This document shows positions 1-9,599 of a stretch of 64,000 nt of DNA, in pieces. How positions within the stretch are numbered: position 1 is the first letter of the stretch; each line of letters begins with the position of its first letter. The notes under the pieces are model-generated. The model made no database searches. It saw only the letters and a program-made list of their open reading frames with translations, and was not told the origin of the DNA. This DNA is from Escherichia phage JLBYU24: sequence record OK272476.1; one strand, written 5' to 3'. Made by a program: the position numbers and the translations under genes.

Positions 1-1
1 A

Positions 2-2179
2 TTAGGCCGCAAGGGCCTTCATAGTTTTAGCGATTTGGGAAACTTCATCATCGCTTAAAGAATTGCGATAACCGATGAAGTCGGAAACAATACGGAATTT
101 CTTGGTAAACTCAGCAACCATTTTATCACTATTTTTTGAAGCATTACGTGATAATTCATCAAAGAGATTAGTTACTGTCCAGATATCATGACCGATGGTA
201 TCTTTTCCACCATTAAAATATACACCGCGCAATGAACTAACTATATTAGCGAGTCGTGTATATTCTTCAGAAACTTCATCTGTACTGAAGTACTTCATCA
301 TAAAATCTAGCTCAGGATACTTGATAATTTTATCAATATATCGTTGAGCTGAACTTGAATAACCTACATACTTATCATAATCTACATCATCAAAAGCATC
401 TACATATAAATCACGCAAAGCTTCAAAAATACATTGGCACTGACCGAGTTCTTTTACCTTTTTCTGTAAAAGCGGACGAATAACATAAAATTCATTAATG
501 CCAATAAGATTAGCCATACGAATCAAAATATTCATAGATGGATGACAAAGTGATGTAGTACCATCCATAGAGAAAATATCAGAACGATGCATATATGCTA
601 CATAACCAGTAATTTCATCTGCTTCTGATGTGAGTGTAAACAGTTCCTCTTTTTCCCAGCGCCCGTCTTTAATTTCAAACTTAAACGCAGTAGCAGCTTT
701 AGGACGAGGAGCTTTACTTTTAACTGCCTTCGGAATATAACTTTTAACTAAAGCTTCAATTTCTGACAAATAATGAATGTTAACTTCATCACTTTCAAAC
801 ATTGCCATAATATCAGGGAGTAAATCAATCTGCGATTCTACTTCCGGATTAATAAACAGAAGACGCTCATTGTGATGAATATTCAAAGTGTTATTAAATT
901 CACTATCATCTAACGCATGCGCTAATCCACGGACAATATTAACACGATTTTTAATATTATCAATAACGATATTAATTTTTGTTGTATTAATACCAAACAG
1001 ACGATAACTTGATGCAACGGCTGATGTTTCATGACTTTGCTTAATGCGCTTCAGTCGAGGGTCAAGATTTACTTCATACACAACTCCTGCATTACATAAC
1101 TTACTGTCAGGTTCAAACATGCTCTGCATTTTCTTATATGACAGATTTTTAGTCGTGAATTTGACTGAATTACTAATCATATAATCTCGAGCAGAATACC
1201 CCATCTTCATCAATTCACGGTATGTGTGACGAGGAGATGTAGATTCTTTAAATCGTTTTACATCTTCATTAAATGCTTTCTCACTAAGCTCTTTAACTCG
1301 TTCAATAATATTTTTACGAGTGCGATCATCCAATGAAAGAGCTTCACGTGATGGAGCAATATCAAGTGAACCCATTGGAAATTTAATGTAATTCACTTCA
1401 TTACGAATGCTTAACCAGTTACGGTCTCTAATAACACCATCGATAGGATAAACAATACCACCATAGATAGCATATAATCCACCACGATCAGGCCAGTATC
1501 TTTCTGGATTTACACCGTAATAGTCATCAAAATCCGGAAAATAATCAATTTCGCGGTCAAGACCATTAATGATAGCCAAATCTTTGAACGGTCGCATGAT
1601 ATAAGAAACTTCATAAGCAAAGTTTCTAAAGTCTTTTTCTTCAACTGGAACTACGATTTCAATACCAGTTTTATCATCTGGACCCATTTCTTTCACGAAT
1701 GTAGGTTTAATTTGTGGACCATCGCCATCCATGTAAGCTACATAACCACGAATTTCACCTTTATGATACGAAGTAATACTAAACGTATCAGTATAACTAA
1801 ACGGAGATTTAGAACCTAAACCAAATCCGCCAATAAAGTCATTAGATTCAGCCTTAGATGAACTGAAGTATGAATTATACAGCCCAGGAGAATTATCATC
1901 ACCCTGAATATCAAAATCACTCATACCCGGACCAAAATCTCGGCAAACAAATCGTGGATCTAAACGTCCAGGAACTTGAATGATAAATTTTTCAGGATTT
2001 CCATTGAGAGCATGGGCATCAATCATGTTGGTAATCAATTCACGAACAACTGCGCGAATTTTGTTTGTATACAAATCAGATGACAGAATTTTAAATACTT
2101 TAGGATTTGCTGCGATGCTAAATGCTTTTGATTTAGAACCATTGCCAAGAATTGTTTCTTTTTCAGTGGTGATAATCAT
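2..2179 (-). CDS. rIIA: rIIA membrane-associated protein (GHKL-type ATPase-like N-terminus)
   Basis: 725-aa ORF; N-terminus and length match remembered T4 rIIA. Confidence 0.92.
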   Translation of the reverse strand: MIITTEKETILGNGSKSKAFSIAANPKVFKILSSDLYTNKIRAVVRELITNMIDAHALNGNPEKFIIQVPGRLDPRFVCRDFGPGMSDFDIQGDDNSPGLYNSYFSSSKAESNDFIGGFGLGSKSPFSYTDTFSITSYHKGEIRGYVAYMDGDGPQIKPTFVKEMGPDDKTGIEIVVPVEEKDFRNFAYEVSYIMRPFKDLAIINGLDREIDYFPDFDDYYGVNPERYWPDRGGLYAIYGGIVYPIDGVIRDRNWLSIRNEVNYIKFPMGSLDIAPSREALSLDDRTRKNIIERVKELSEKAFNEDVKRFKESTSPRHTYRELMKMGYSARDYMISNSVKFTTKNLSYKKMQSMFEPDSKLCNAGVVYEVNLDPRLKRIKQSHETSAVASSYRLFGINTTKINIVIDNIKNRVNIVRGLAHALDDSEFNNTLNIHHNERLLFINPEVESQIDLLPDIMAMFESDEVNIHYLSEIEALVKSYIPKAVKSKAPRPKAATAFKFEIKDGRWEKEELFTLTSEADEITGYVAYMHRSDIFSMDGTTSLCHPSMNILIRMANLIGINEFYVIRPLLQKKVKELGQCQCIFEALRDLYVDAFDDVDYDKYVGYSSSAQRYIDKIIKYPELDFMMKYFSTDEVSEEYTRLANIVSSLRGVYFNGGKDTIGHDIWTVTNLFDELSRNASKNSDKMVAEFTKKFRIVSDFIGYRNSLSDDEVSQIAKTMKALAA

Positions 2180-2189
2180 AATTTCCTCA

Positions 2190-2393
2190 TTAATTCATAT
2201 TACGCTTAATAACTTCAGCAACTTCTAGTAGTTCATCTTTAGTTGCAGTGTCGGATTGAATTTTATCTCTAATATCCTTAAAGCGGTTTTTAAATTCTTC
2301 GGCTTCTCCCATATCGAAAAAGCGTTGAATGATTCTATATTCTCGATGAACTGCTTTATCAAAAAGTTCTAAATTTACTCTATATGATTTCAT
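2190..2393 (-). CDS. hypothetical protein (rIIA.1 position)
   Basis: 67-aa ORF directly upstream of rIIA in the same operon. Confidence 0.55.
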   Translation of the reverse strand: MKSYRVNLELFDKAVHREYRIIQRFFDMGEAEEFKNRFKDIRDKIQSDTATKDELLEVAEVIKRNMN

Positions 2394-2418
2394 TTCAATA
2401 TCCTCATTTGCCCAATTA

Positions 2419-2448
2419 ATTATACCACATCCTTGTGGTAAAGTAAAC
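2419..2448 (-). promoter_or_regulatory. T4-type early promoter (minus strand GTTTAC-N18-TATAAT)
   Basis: plus-strand attata 2419-2424 and gtaaac 2443-2448 with tgtgg-like extended -10. Confidence 0.55.
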
Positions 2449-4268
2449 TACTGGCTCATCCATTCTTTACGAAGGTCAGCATTATCTCCCATGAGCATTT
2501 CAAAAAGCTCTTTCCAGTTCTCAGGAAGTTTAACAACATCATATACTGGATTTTGAATCATTTCACGATATTCAGATTTTTCCAAAGAGCCAAGTCCTTT
2601 AATATAACGGATGCTATGTTTAGGTAGAGCATCTTTGGCACTCTCATATTCAGCGACTGTATAAAACCATTCTTGTTTTTTACCGACCTGAGCGATGATT
2701 ACAGGAGTTTTGACAAAGCGAATTCGTCCTTGCTCAAACAATTCTGGCCAATTACTAAAAAACCCGAGCAGAGAAGGATAAATGCTTCCTAGACCATCAT
2801 GGTCAGCATCAGTCATAATAGCAATATTATGATAATTCAAGTTTTCAGCTTTTTCACCAAGAACTAATCCAGTGATTGCGCAAATATCAAATAGTTCTTT
2901 GTTTTTAAGCATATCAGCATATGACATACCCCAACTGTTGAGAACTTTACCACGCAATGGATAACCACCATGAAGTTCTTTATCACGAACATCAATAAGA
3001 TATCCGATAGCAGAATCACCCTCAGTCAAGAAAAGAGTAGTATCAGCATCTTTACCGCACAGATTAGCTTTAATATGTTTATGAACCTTTGCCTTAGAAG
3101 CCTTTTTAGCTGCTTTAGTTTCAGCTGCTTTTTCTGCTGCCAATTTACGAGCTAGTGCAGCTTCAATAATTGGCATCAGAATTGCTTCATTATTTAGAAT
3201 AGCGCGTGAAATCTTTTTAGCGTCAAGTTGAATATGACTACGGATTTCACCAAATGGAGAAGTCAAACGCTCTTTAGTTTGAGAATCAAATCGCATGTTT
3301 TTCATATCACGGACAAACATAACGATAGTCAAACATTCTTTGACACGTGCTTTAGTTACATCAATTTTGAACTTACGTTTGATTTGTGGAATAAGGTCTT
3401 CACAAATATCATCCATAACACAGTCAATGTGATGGCCACCATTCTTAGTGTGAATGTTATTCACATAAGTTAATTGGCGAAATCCATCCGGTGAACGACC
3501 AACCGCAATAGAACAATTTTCTTGTTCTTGAACAATAGCATGTTCATCATACTGTCGTGCATATTTCTTAAAATTGCCCTGAACCTTTTTACCATTAAAG
3601 GTAAATTGAATATCAGGATAAACTACTGCAAGTGTCTGGAGACGATCCAGTGTAATGTCAAGATAAACTTGGGACAGCTCATTAGTTTCAAATGACATAA
3701 AATCTGGAATGAAAGTAACACGAGTTCCTTTCCATTTTCCAGGAATAGTTTCCCAGGATTTATTTTCCATGCCATTTGAACAACGAACTACAATATTATT
3801 TTGACCATCGCCAGTTTCACCGACAAACATCACAGAAAAAATGTTTGTCAAACTAGAACCAACACCATTCATACCACCGGTGACGCGTTCTTTATCATCA
3901 CCGAAGTTACCACCCGCTTTTGGAATAGTCCAAGCAGCAACTGGACCAGGAATTTCTTCACCAGTAGGTGTTTTAACCATCGCTTGTGGAATACCGCGAC
4001 CGTTATCTTCAACTGTTACTTGATTGTTTTTAATAGTAACATTAATTTTATTTGCGAATTTAAACTTAGTACGAATACCTTCATCTACTGAGTTATCGAT
4101 AATTTCATCAATAAGCTTAACAAGACCAGGTACATACTGAACACTTTCCCATTTACCAAACAGAAAGCGCTCATGCATTTCATTAGCAGAAGAACCAATG
4201 TACATGCCGCTACGCTTTTTGATATGTTCAATATCGCTCAGAATTTTAATTTCATTCTTAATCATCAC
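2448..4268 (-). CDS. 39: DNA topoisomerase II large subunit, continuous ORF covering T4 gp39 plus gp60-equivalent C-terminus
   Basis: 606 aa; GyrB-like ATPase motifs (IDNSVDEG); TOPRIM-like MTDADHDG segment read without interruption. Confidence 0.9.
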   Translation of the reverse strand: MMIKNEIKILSDIEHIKKRSGMYIGSSANEMHERFLFGKWESVQYVPGLVKLIDEIIDNSVDEGIRTKFKFANKINVTIKNNQVTVEDNGRGIPQAMVKTPTGEEIPGPVAAWTIPKAGGNFGDDKERVTGGMNGVGSSLTNIFSVMFVGETGDGQNNIVVRCSNGMENKSWETIPGKWKGTRVTFIPDFMSFETNELSQVYLDITLDRLQTLAVVYPDIQFTFNGKKVQGNFKKYARQYDEHAIVQEQENCSIAVGRSPDGFRQLTYVNNIHTKNGGHHIDCVMDDICEDLIPQIKRKFKIDVTKARVKECLTIVMFVRDMKNMRFDSQTKERLTSPFGEIRSHIQLDAKKISRAILNNEAILMPIIEAALARKLAAEKAAETKAAKKASKAKVHKHIKANLCGKDADTTLFLTEGDSAIGYLIDVRDKELHGGYPLRGKVLNSWGMSYADMLKNKELFDICAITGLVLGEKAENLNYHNIAIMTDADHDGLGSIYPSLLGFFSNWPELFEQGRIRFVKTPVIIAQVGKKQEWFYTVAEYESAKDALPKHSIRYIKGLGSLEKSEYREMIQNPVYDVVKLPENWKELFEMLMGDNADLRKEWMSQ

Positions 4269-4317
4269 TTATCCTCGTTTGGTTTCGGGAATATTATACT
4301 CCGGTAATCATAAAGCT

Positions 4318-4336
4318 AAAGGCCCGAAGGCCTTTT
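4318..4336 (-). terminator. stable hairpin, C(UUCG)G tetraloop on minus-strand RNA
   Basis: aaaggcc-cgaa-ggccttt inverted repeat immediately 3' of ORF 4335-4607. Confidence 0.55.
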
Positions 4337-4607
4337 ATTTAAAACGGATAGTCGAATCCTTGAAGAATAGACCAGAACATACTGTTCCTTCTACTTTCTG
4401 CCCGGTAGGTCCAATAGCACGAAATCCAGTATGTTGGAAATCATTTTCAGAGCAACCGAACCAATTATATCCAGTGATTTCAATATTAGTAAAACCGCTT
4501 GAAGACAAAATTTTGGTTGCATTATCAGCATCAGTACATCCTACTAAAGATACTGCTAATACTAATGCTGCGATAGAACGATTAACATATTTCATAATTT
4601 CACTCAA
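4335..4607 (-). CDS. putative lipoprotein
   Basis: 90 aa; N-terminal signal peptide with LVGC lipobox-like motif. Confidence 0.5.
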   Translation of the reverse strand: MSEIMKYVNRSIAALVLAVSLVGCTDADNATKILSSSGFTNIEITGYNWFGCSENDFQHTGFRAIGPTGQKVEGTVCSGLFFKDSTIRFK

Positions 4608-4977
4608 ATTTAATGGCTTGAAGAAGACTAATAATTCTCAAGCGACTTCTTTCATCTTTAACTGTAAAAGAAAGAGGGTCACCAGATTTCATAGTGATGG
4701 TGCATCCAAAATCAAAATCTTCTGTAACTTCTTCGAAGAAGTCAAATTCTTCATCATAAATTAGAACATTACTCTGAAAGCTGTGAAGAATTTTTCCATC
4801 ATTTCCAGATGCTGTACTAATCATTGTAACATTATGACCTTTCATATCTTCAACGATAAATTCGCTTGTAGATATTACAGCATTAATAGAACCATTCCTA
4901 TAAATAGCAGACATTAGATATTTCTTTTCTTCGCCTTCGCGAATACGATATTTCTTACCGATTTTAAACATAATCAC
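4600..4977 (-). CDS. hypothetical protein
   Basis: 125-aa ORF; track start is GTG at 4975-4977, likely ATG start at 4969-4971. Confidence 0.45.
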   Translation of the reverse strand: MIMFKIGKKYRIREGEEKKYLMSAIYRNGSINAVISTSEFIVEDMKGHNVTMISTASGNDGKILHSFQSNVLIYDEEFDFFEEVTEDFDFGCTITMKSGDPLSFTVKDERSRLRIISLLQAIKFE

Positions 4978-5150
4978 CCTTTAAGTAAATCGTAAAAACC
5001 ACCATTCACATGCTTAGGAGCAGAAGGCCGACGAGTAGACAAACGATGACATTTAGGGCAAACATCATTTTCTCGTTCAGAAATCTTTTTAATTTTTTCA
5101 TATTCATGCCCGCAATCTTCGGATTGGCATTTATAATCATACATTGGCAT
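4974..5150 (-). CDS. small zinc-ribbon protein (CxxC-x17-CxxC)
   Basis: 58-aa ORF below ORF-track cutoff; AAGGAA RBS 6 nt upstream of ATG; MPMYDYKCQSEDCGH...CPKCH. Confidence 0.45.
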   Translation of the reverse strand: MPMYDYKCQSEDCGHEYEKIKKISERENDVCPKCHRLSTRRPSAPKHVNGGFYDLLKG

Positions 5151-5152
5151 AA

Positions 5153-5578
5153 TTATTCCTTAAAATGAGCTTTCAGCATCTGATACAAGGACCATGCCTG
5201 TTCATTATTTTCAATAGTAACTTTCATGACAGGAAATTCTGTGAAATCTTCTATTTGTTCTTGCTCTTGCTCTTCCTGCTCTTGCTCTTCAGCTGCCTGA
5301 TATGGATTTTCCACTTCATCAAAGAACTCGGCTTCGTTAGTAGAGAGCCAGATAAAGTTTTCGTCAAGGATATCACCATGTGTTGCATATCCAATTGTGC
5401 CAGTAAATGACATAATTTTAGTAGGACGACCAAGATGGTCAACATCTAAAATTTTAAAAGGATGCATACCTAAACGGCGTGCATAGATTCCGTTATCAGT
5501 ATGATCTTTAATAAAATTTTCTTGAGCTTGTTTATTTTTAAATTGATACCATTTATTAACTTCAAATCTAATAGCCAT
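5153..5578 (-). CDS. hypothetical acidic protein with EQ-repeat tract (size and position match T4 goF)
   Basis: 141 aa; [14 protein letters not shown] low-complexity segment; assignment positional only. Confidence 0.45.
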   Translation of the reverse strand: MAIRFEVNKWYQFKNKQAQENFIKDHTDNGIYARRLGMHPFKILDVDHLGRPTKIMSFTGTIGYATHGDILDENFIWLSTNEAEFFDEVENPYQAAEEQEQEEQEQEQIEDFTEFPVMKVTIENNEQAWSLYQMLKAHFKE

Positions 5579-5793
5579 TAATAAATTTCCTTCCAGTAAG
5601 TTGTACCGTCTTCAGTGATTTCACGGAATACACCATAAATCGGTTGTTTATCACCAACCTTTTCATACACATAAACCGAAGTCAAGTGAGTAAACTTGAT
5701 GGTGTGTTCCTTTTGAACCACTACCAAATCTGGGTCAAATAATACATCTTCAAATTCGTCATTAGTGCAATTCTGAACAATTTTACGTTTCAT
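5578..5793 (-). CDS. hypothetical protein (size and position match T4 cef)
   Basis: 71-aa ORF, start/stop adjacent to neighbours. Confidence 0.4.
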   Translation of the reverse strand: MKRKIVQNCTNDEFEDVLFDPDLVVVQKEHTIKFTHLTSVYVYEKVGDKQPIYGVFREITEDGTTYWKEIY

Positions 5794-5806
5794 TACAATT
5801 TCCTCA

Positions 5807-6088
5807 TTAATTAAACAGTGGAGCGATACGTTTCAGAAGAGTAGCAGCACCTTTGGCGAATTTTACATCATGAAAAACAGTTTCTTCTTCCGTTACAACA
5901 CGAGCTTTAATGTTTTCACAATCCCAATTTTTGCGAACAATCTTCAAAAGCTGCAGTAAATCTTTACATTCAGCAATATCGATAACACATCCACGAGAAT
6001 CTTCCATTATAGCACGATAACCGTAAGCCATACCATAATCGTTGAAAGATTGCTCGATGATAATTAAGTTTTCCATTTTATTCTCCAA
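5807..6088 (-). CDS. hypothetical protein
   Basis: 93-aa ORF in operon context. Confidence 0.45.
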   Translation of the reverse strand: MENKMENLIIIEQSFNDYGMAYGYRAIMEDSRGCVIDIAECKDLLQLLKIVRKNWDCENIKARVVTEEETVFHDVKFAKGAATLLKRIAPLFN

Positions 6089-6183
6089 GTTGTTTTCTGT
6101 ATCAGTAGTTGATATTGATATAGTACCATAATCAACTACTGATGTATATAGTTTTATGAAAAAATTTTAAACTTTATGCAAAT

Positions 6184-6603
6184 TTATGCTAAAGCTGCTT
6201 CGCACCATTTTTTAATTTGGAATTCAGGAACTACCATGAACTGGCCTGCAAAAACAATATTGTAGAGCTTGACACCATCTTCTACCCAACGGTCCGAAAT
6301 AAAACCAGCGACTTGATTCGTTGTCCATGGAGTTCCATCTGTTGCCGCCGCAATTGTGAATTTATGGTCTTTTACAACTAAAACTGAAGAACAAAGTTTC
6401 CATTTAAATGCGCTTTCTTCTGGCTCAATGAACTGACTTGAGACATAACCAATGTTACCATCAGCGTCACGAACTTTAACCTCGTTACGACCAAAAACTG
6501 GATCACTTACAGAAAGAACTTCAACCAGCTTTCCTGCAACTTTAGAACGAGAAGCAACGGATACATATACGTAATCACCAGTAGAGAGATTTACAATATT
6601 CAT
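6184..6603 (-). CDS. MotB-family paralog
   Basis: shares N-terminal SASRSK(V/A)AG(K/R)LVEV and C-terminal WVEDGxKLYNIVF motif with ORF 6613-7131. Confidence 0.5.
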   Translation of the reverse strand: MNIVNLSTGDYVYVSVASRSKVAGKLVEVLSVSDPVFGRNEVKVRDADGNIGYVSSQFIEPEESAFKWKLCSSVLVVKDHKFTIAAATDGTPWTTNQVAGFISDRWVEDGVKLYNIVFAGQFMVVPEFQIKKWCEAALA

Positions 6604-6612
6604 AATAATTCC

Positions 6613-7131
6613 TTAAGCTTTACGAGGAGAAGCATAACGAGTGATTTCAGATTCTTCAACAACCCGGAAGTCACCTAAAAATACAATATTGTATAGCTTT
6701 TTACCGTCTTCAACCCATTGGTCTGTGATGAAGCCACACATCCTATCAGTTTTACTTGGACCAGCGAAATCATCAATATAATCGAATTCTTCATCAGTTA
6801 CAAATTCAACGCCTTTACACAACGCCCATTTAAATTGTGTATTAGACTCAGTGGATTCAACTTCTTCAACAGAAGCAAAATGAGAGCTAACACGAGTTTC
6901 CAGAAATTTAGGACTTACGTAAGCGTACTGAGTTTCAGTTTTTCCAGAACTAGGAATGATTCGAACTTTAACTTCTTTAACACGACCAGTACCATTAGTA
7001 CGAAGTCCTACCACTTCAACTAGACGACCTGCAGCTTTAGAACGAGATGCAGACGATACACGCTTAATTTCACCGATAGTAATCATAATTTTTCTCTCTT
7101 TGTTGTTAAGATTTATACTCCGCAGGACCAT
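6613..7131 (-). CDS. motB: MotB-like DNA-binding protein
   Basis: position after cef-like ORF; probable true start MITIGEIK at ~7086 giving ~157 aa. Confidence 0.5.
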   Translation of the reverse strand: MVLRSINLNNKERKIMITIGEIKRVSSASRSKAAGRLVEVVGLRTNGTGRVKEVKVRIIPSSGKTETQYAYVSPKFLETRVSSHFASVEEVESTESNTQFKWALCKGVEFVTDEEFDYIDDFAGPSKTDRMCGFITDQWVEDGKKLYNIVFLGDFRVVEESEITRYASPRKA

Positions 7132-7159
7132 TATACTCTGGTCCCAAGAGTTTGTAAAC
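7130..7159 (-). promoter_or_regulatory. T4-type early promoter
   Basis: plus attata 7130-7135, gtaaac 7154-7159, 18-nt spacer. Confidence 0.5.
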
Positions 7160-7596
7160 TAGCTTACACGAACATTAATCACTGCGCTGCGAGGAACTAC
7201 AGAGTACTCTCCAGCATGAACTACGTTCAGAAGTTCAACACCATCTTCAATCCACTGATCAGTCACCCATCCACCCACAGGATTCGCGAATGGACGACGA
7301 ATATAAACTGCCTTACACAGCAGATCAGTTGGATCTTCAGGTTTTTCAATTTCTGTCAATAGACTAAAATCTTTTTCATAAATAATAAGCGGTGATACCA
7401 TTCCATAATAGTTTCTAATTTCAATATACATCATACCGATAAGAATTCCGCTATTAACACTAATAACAGTAAAAGGATATCCGCCAGTTAAACCAAGAAG
7501 TTCACAAAACTTATTATGAGCTGTATTAGACAGTACCGAAAAATTCTTAATTTCATCAAATTTTTTCAATTGATAAACAGCATTATTTTTAATCAT
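7159..7596 (-). CDS. MotB-family C-terminal-domain paralog
   Basis: C-terminal GGWVTDQWIEDGVELLNVVHAGEYSVVP matches motif of the two neighbouring ORFs. Confidence 0.45.
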   Translation of the reverse strand: MIKNNAVYQLKKFDEIKNFSVLSNTAHNKFCELLGLTGGYPFTVISVNSGILIGMMYIEIRNYYGMVSPLIIYEKDFSLLTEIEKPEDPTDLLCKAVYIRRPFANPVGGWVTDQWIEDGVELLNVVHAGEYSVVPRSAVINVRVS

Positions 7597-7606
7597 AATT
7601 TTCTCT

Positions 7607-8158
7607 TTAATCTAAGGTAATAAAGCCTTTTAATTCGGCATGGGATTTACGGAACATTACTTGATGCCCACCAATGATAACTTGGTCATCTGGCACTTCA
7701 TAAATCGCAATGTACATTCCACGTTCTTTTAAGTCTTCACGCTCTTCTCGAGTGAACCATCTCATCATATCATATTCACTAGCGAAAGCAAAATGATATA
7801 ATGCAATAAACCACAATGGAATATAATTTTCAATTCGTGAATAATCTTTATTCCATTTAGTTTTAATAACATCATTAGCATTTTCAACTAATAACTTATC
7901 ATCGTGTGGAATAGGAATACTTTCATGGCTTTCATAATTATCGCTATGATGATGAAATGACGATGAATTAATACCGCAAAATTTTAGCCAAGTTCGAGTT
8001 TTCATAGAATCAAATCCACGATAAGGAGTTGATTGAACGCATAACTCTTGCCTAATTTTGACTATACCACTATCATCATTTAATGCGCTAAACGATGATT
8101 CAACACGATAAATTTTCATTTTATTATCCTCAGTAGCTATGGTGTTATAATACCACAA
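7607..8158 (-). CDS. hypothetical protein
   Basis: 183-aa ORF; promoter-like element directly upstream. Confidence 0.45.
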   Translation of the reverse strand: MWYYNTIATEDNKMKIYRVESSFSALNDDSGIVKIRQELCVQSTPYRGFDSMKTRTWLKFCGINSSSFHHHSDNYESHESIPIPHDDKLLVENANDVIKTKWNKDYSRIENYIPLWFIALYHFAFASEYDMMRWFTREEREDLKERGMYIAIYEVPDDQVIIGGHQVMFRKSHAELKGFITLD

Positions 8159-8176
8159 CTAACCGAGGAAGTAAAC
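8147..8176 (-). promoter_or_regulatory. T4-type early promoter
   Basis: minus strand GTTTAC-N18-TATTAT with tgtgg extended -10. Confidence 0.5.
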
Positions 8177-8185
8177 AACTTTTTA

Positions 8186-8866
8186 TCATTTTGTTGGAAG
8201 AGACAGAGGATCGCAATCTTCCTCTGACGGAGCATCTTCAAGACCCATAGCGTATCGCAAAGCATACTTCATCATCAGGATGTCTTTCGCACAGTCATGA
8301 ATAGAATCATGTGCAACGAATCCATCTAAAGTTCCCTTTGGAAGAGGACACGTGGTCATATCACGAACAAGCAGAAGTGCTTCAATTCTGGTACGAATAT
8401 CACGCTGATTCCAGAATTTACATGGTTCTAACTTAAATGTATCAAGCTCATTCTCGGAAACGCCATTAAGACGTTGAATATCGCGAATGAGATCGACTAA
8501 AATTGGAAAATCAAACGACATTCCACGGCACCAGCCTTGAGATTTCCAAGGATCGATATTATGTGCATTGATGTAATCGTTGAATTTTGCAATACCATCA
8601 ATGGTGCTTACATCTTCATCGGATGGTGCAATATTTTTTCGAGCTTCAGGAGACTGATTTTTCCACCATTCGATAGTGCTTTTAGTAAAAAGACGATGTC
8701 CTTTTTGGCTTTTTAAATCAAATTTGATTTTAATGCCACGTGAAACTAGTTCATCGAATGATTCAACTACTTCTGGGTTAGGGTCAAAAGCAATTACAGC
8801 CAAATCAATAACAGCTGCTTTTTCACCGCTTCCCATTGTTTCAAAATCTATAATAAAATCAAACAT
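8186..8866 (-). CDS. dexA: exonuclease A, DEDD-family 3'-5' exonuclease
   Basis: 226 aa; N-terminal DFETMG exonuclease motif; size and position match T4 DexA. Confidence 0.85.
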   Translation of the reverse strand: MFDFIIDFETMGSGEKAAVIDLAVIAFDPNPEVVESFDELVSRGIKIKFDLKSQKGHRLFTKSTIEWWKNQSPEARKNIAPSDEDVSTIDGIAKFNDYINAHNIDPWKSQGWCRGMSFDFPILVDLIRDIQRLNGVSENELDTFKLEPCKFWNQRDIRTRIEALLLVRDMTTCPLPKGTLDGFVAHDSIHDCAKDILMMKYALRYAMGLEDAPSEEDCDPLSLPTK

Positions 8867-9108
8867 TAAATTTTCCTCGCTAAATCACGAATTTGACCTA
8901 CAGTATAATCTTGGATATAAACTTTATTAATGGGCTCATCAATAAATTTTGCCATAGATTCAATATCTTTTTGTATCTCTTCAAGACTGTATACTATCTT
9001 TAAAGCTTTTTCGCGAATAGTAACATTATCAGGTCCTGAATTTTCTTGAATGACAGCTTTAACATTTGCCATAAGAGATTTAAACTGATGCAAACTTAAT
9101 TCAATCAT
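8866..9108 (-). CDS. hypothetical protein (dexA.1 position)
   Basis: 80-aa ORF, stop/start abutting neighbours. Confidence 0.45.
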   Translation of the reverse strand: MIELSLHQFKSLMANVKAVIQENSGPDNVTIREKALKIVYSLEEIQKDIESMAKFIDEPINKVYIQDYTVGQIRDLARKI

Positions 9109-9361
9109 TAATAACCGCCTTATAAAGATGGCTAATTTCGCCTAAAACATAATCACTGATTGTAACAGTTTTCACTTCACCACAAAAGAATTCTAACGCA
9201 ATTAAATCTCGTTCAATTTCTTCTAATTGAAGCATTAACTTGCCAGATTCAATTTTTACATTTCTACGATTTTTACTATAAGCTATTTCATAAATTTCGC
9301 TCACTTTATCTTGAAGCAGATAAAACTGGTCTTTAGTTATTTCCACGAATAGCTTCCTCAA
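9101..9361 (-). CDS. hypothetical protein (dexA.2 position)
   Basis: 86-aa ORF overlapping neighbours by a few nt. Confidence 0.45.
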   Translation of the reverse strand: MRKLFVEITKDQFYLLQDKVSEIYEIAYSKNRRNVKIESGKLMLQLEEIERDLIALEFFCGEVKTVTISDYVLGEISHLYKAVIND

Positions 9362-9593
9362 ATTTAATTAGCAACTTACAGACACTTTCATCTAGCGTAA
9401 TTATCGTGTCTGTATTACTGTGATATGATTGTTTTTCAATTCGTTTAATTGCTAGTATAGTATCACTTATAAGATTAAGCTTATAAAGGAGCTCAGCTCC
9501 TGTTACCATAACACTGAGGTTATCTTGCTTATCAGTATGCTTCTTTATACCATCTATTAGACGATTTAAATATTTTGAATTGATGTTAATCAT
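9333..9593 (-). CDS. hypothetical protein
   Basis: 86-aa ORF between dexA.2-like ORF and dda. Confidence 0.4.
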   Translation of the reverse strand: MININSKYLNRLIDGIKKHTDKQDNLSVMVTGAELLYKLNLISDTILAIKRIEKQSYHSNTDTIITLDESVCKLLIKFEEAIRGNN

Positions 9594-9599
9594 ATATCC

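Noticed and set aside
4-18. Hairpin aggcc-gcaag-ggcct at the window start
   Set aside because: It lies within the last codons of rIIA rather than in an intergenic region, so not called as a terminator.
1980-4764. Plus-strand ORFs 1980-2228, 2970-3155, 3228-3473, 3801-4091, 3841-4023 and 4198-4764
   Set aside because: They lie antisense within rIIA, the topoisomerase gene or the lipoprotein gene, which have strong identity support, and have no RBS; treated as frame artefacts.
5251-5445. ORF 5251-5445 (-) and 5165-5410 (+) overlapping the goF-like gene
   Set aside because: Low-complexity translations of the EQ-repeat region in other frames.
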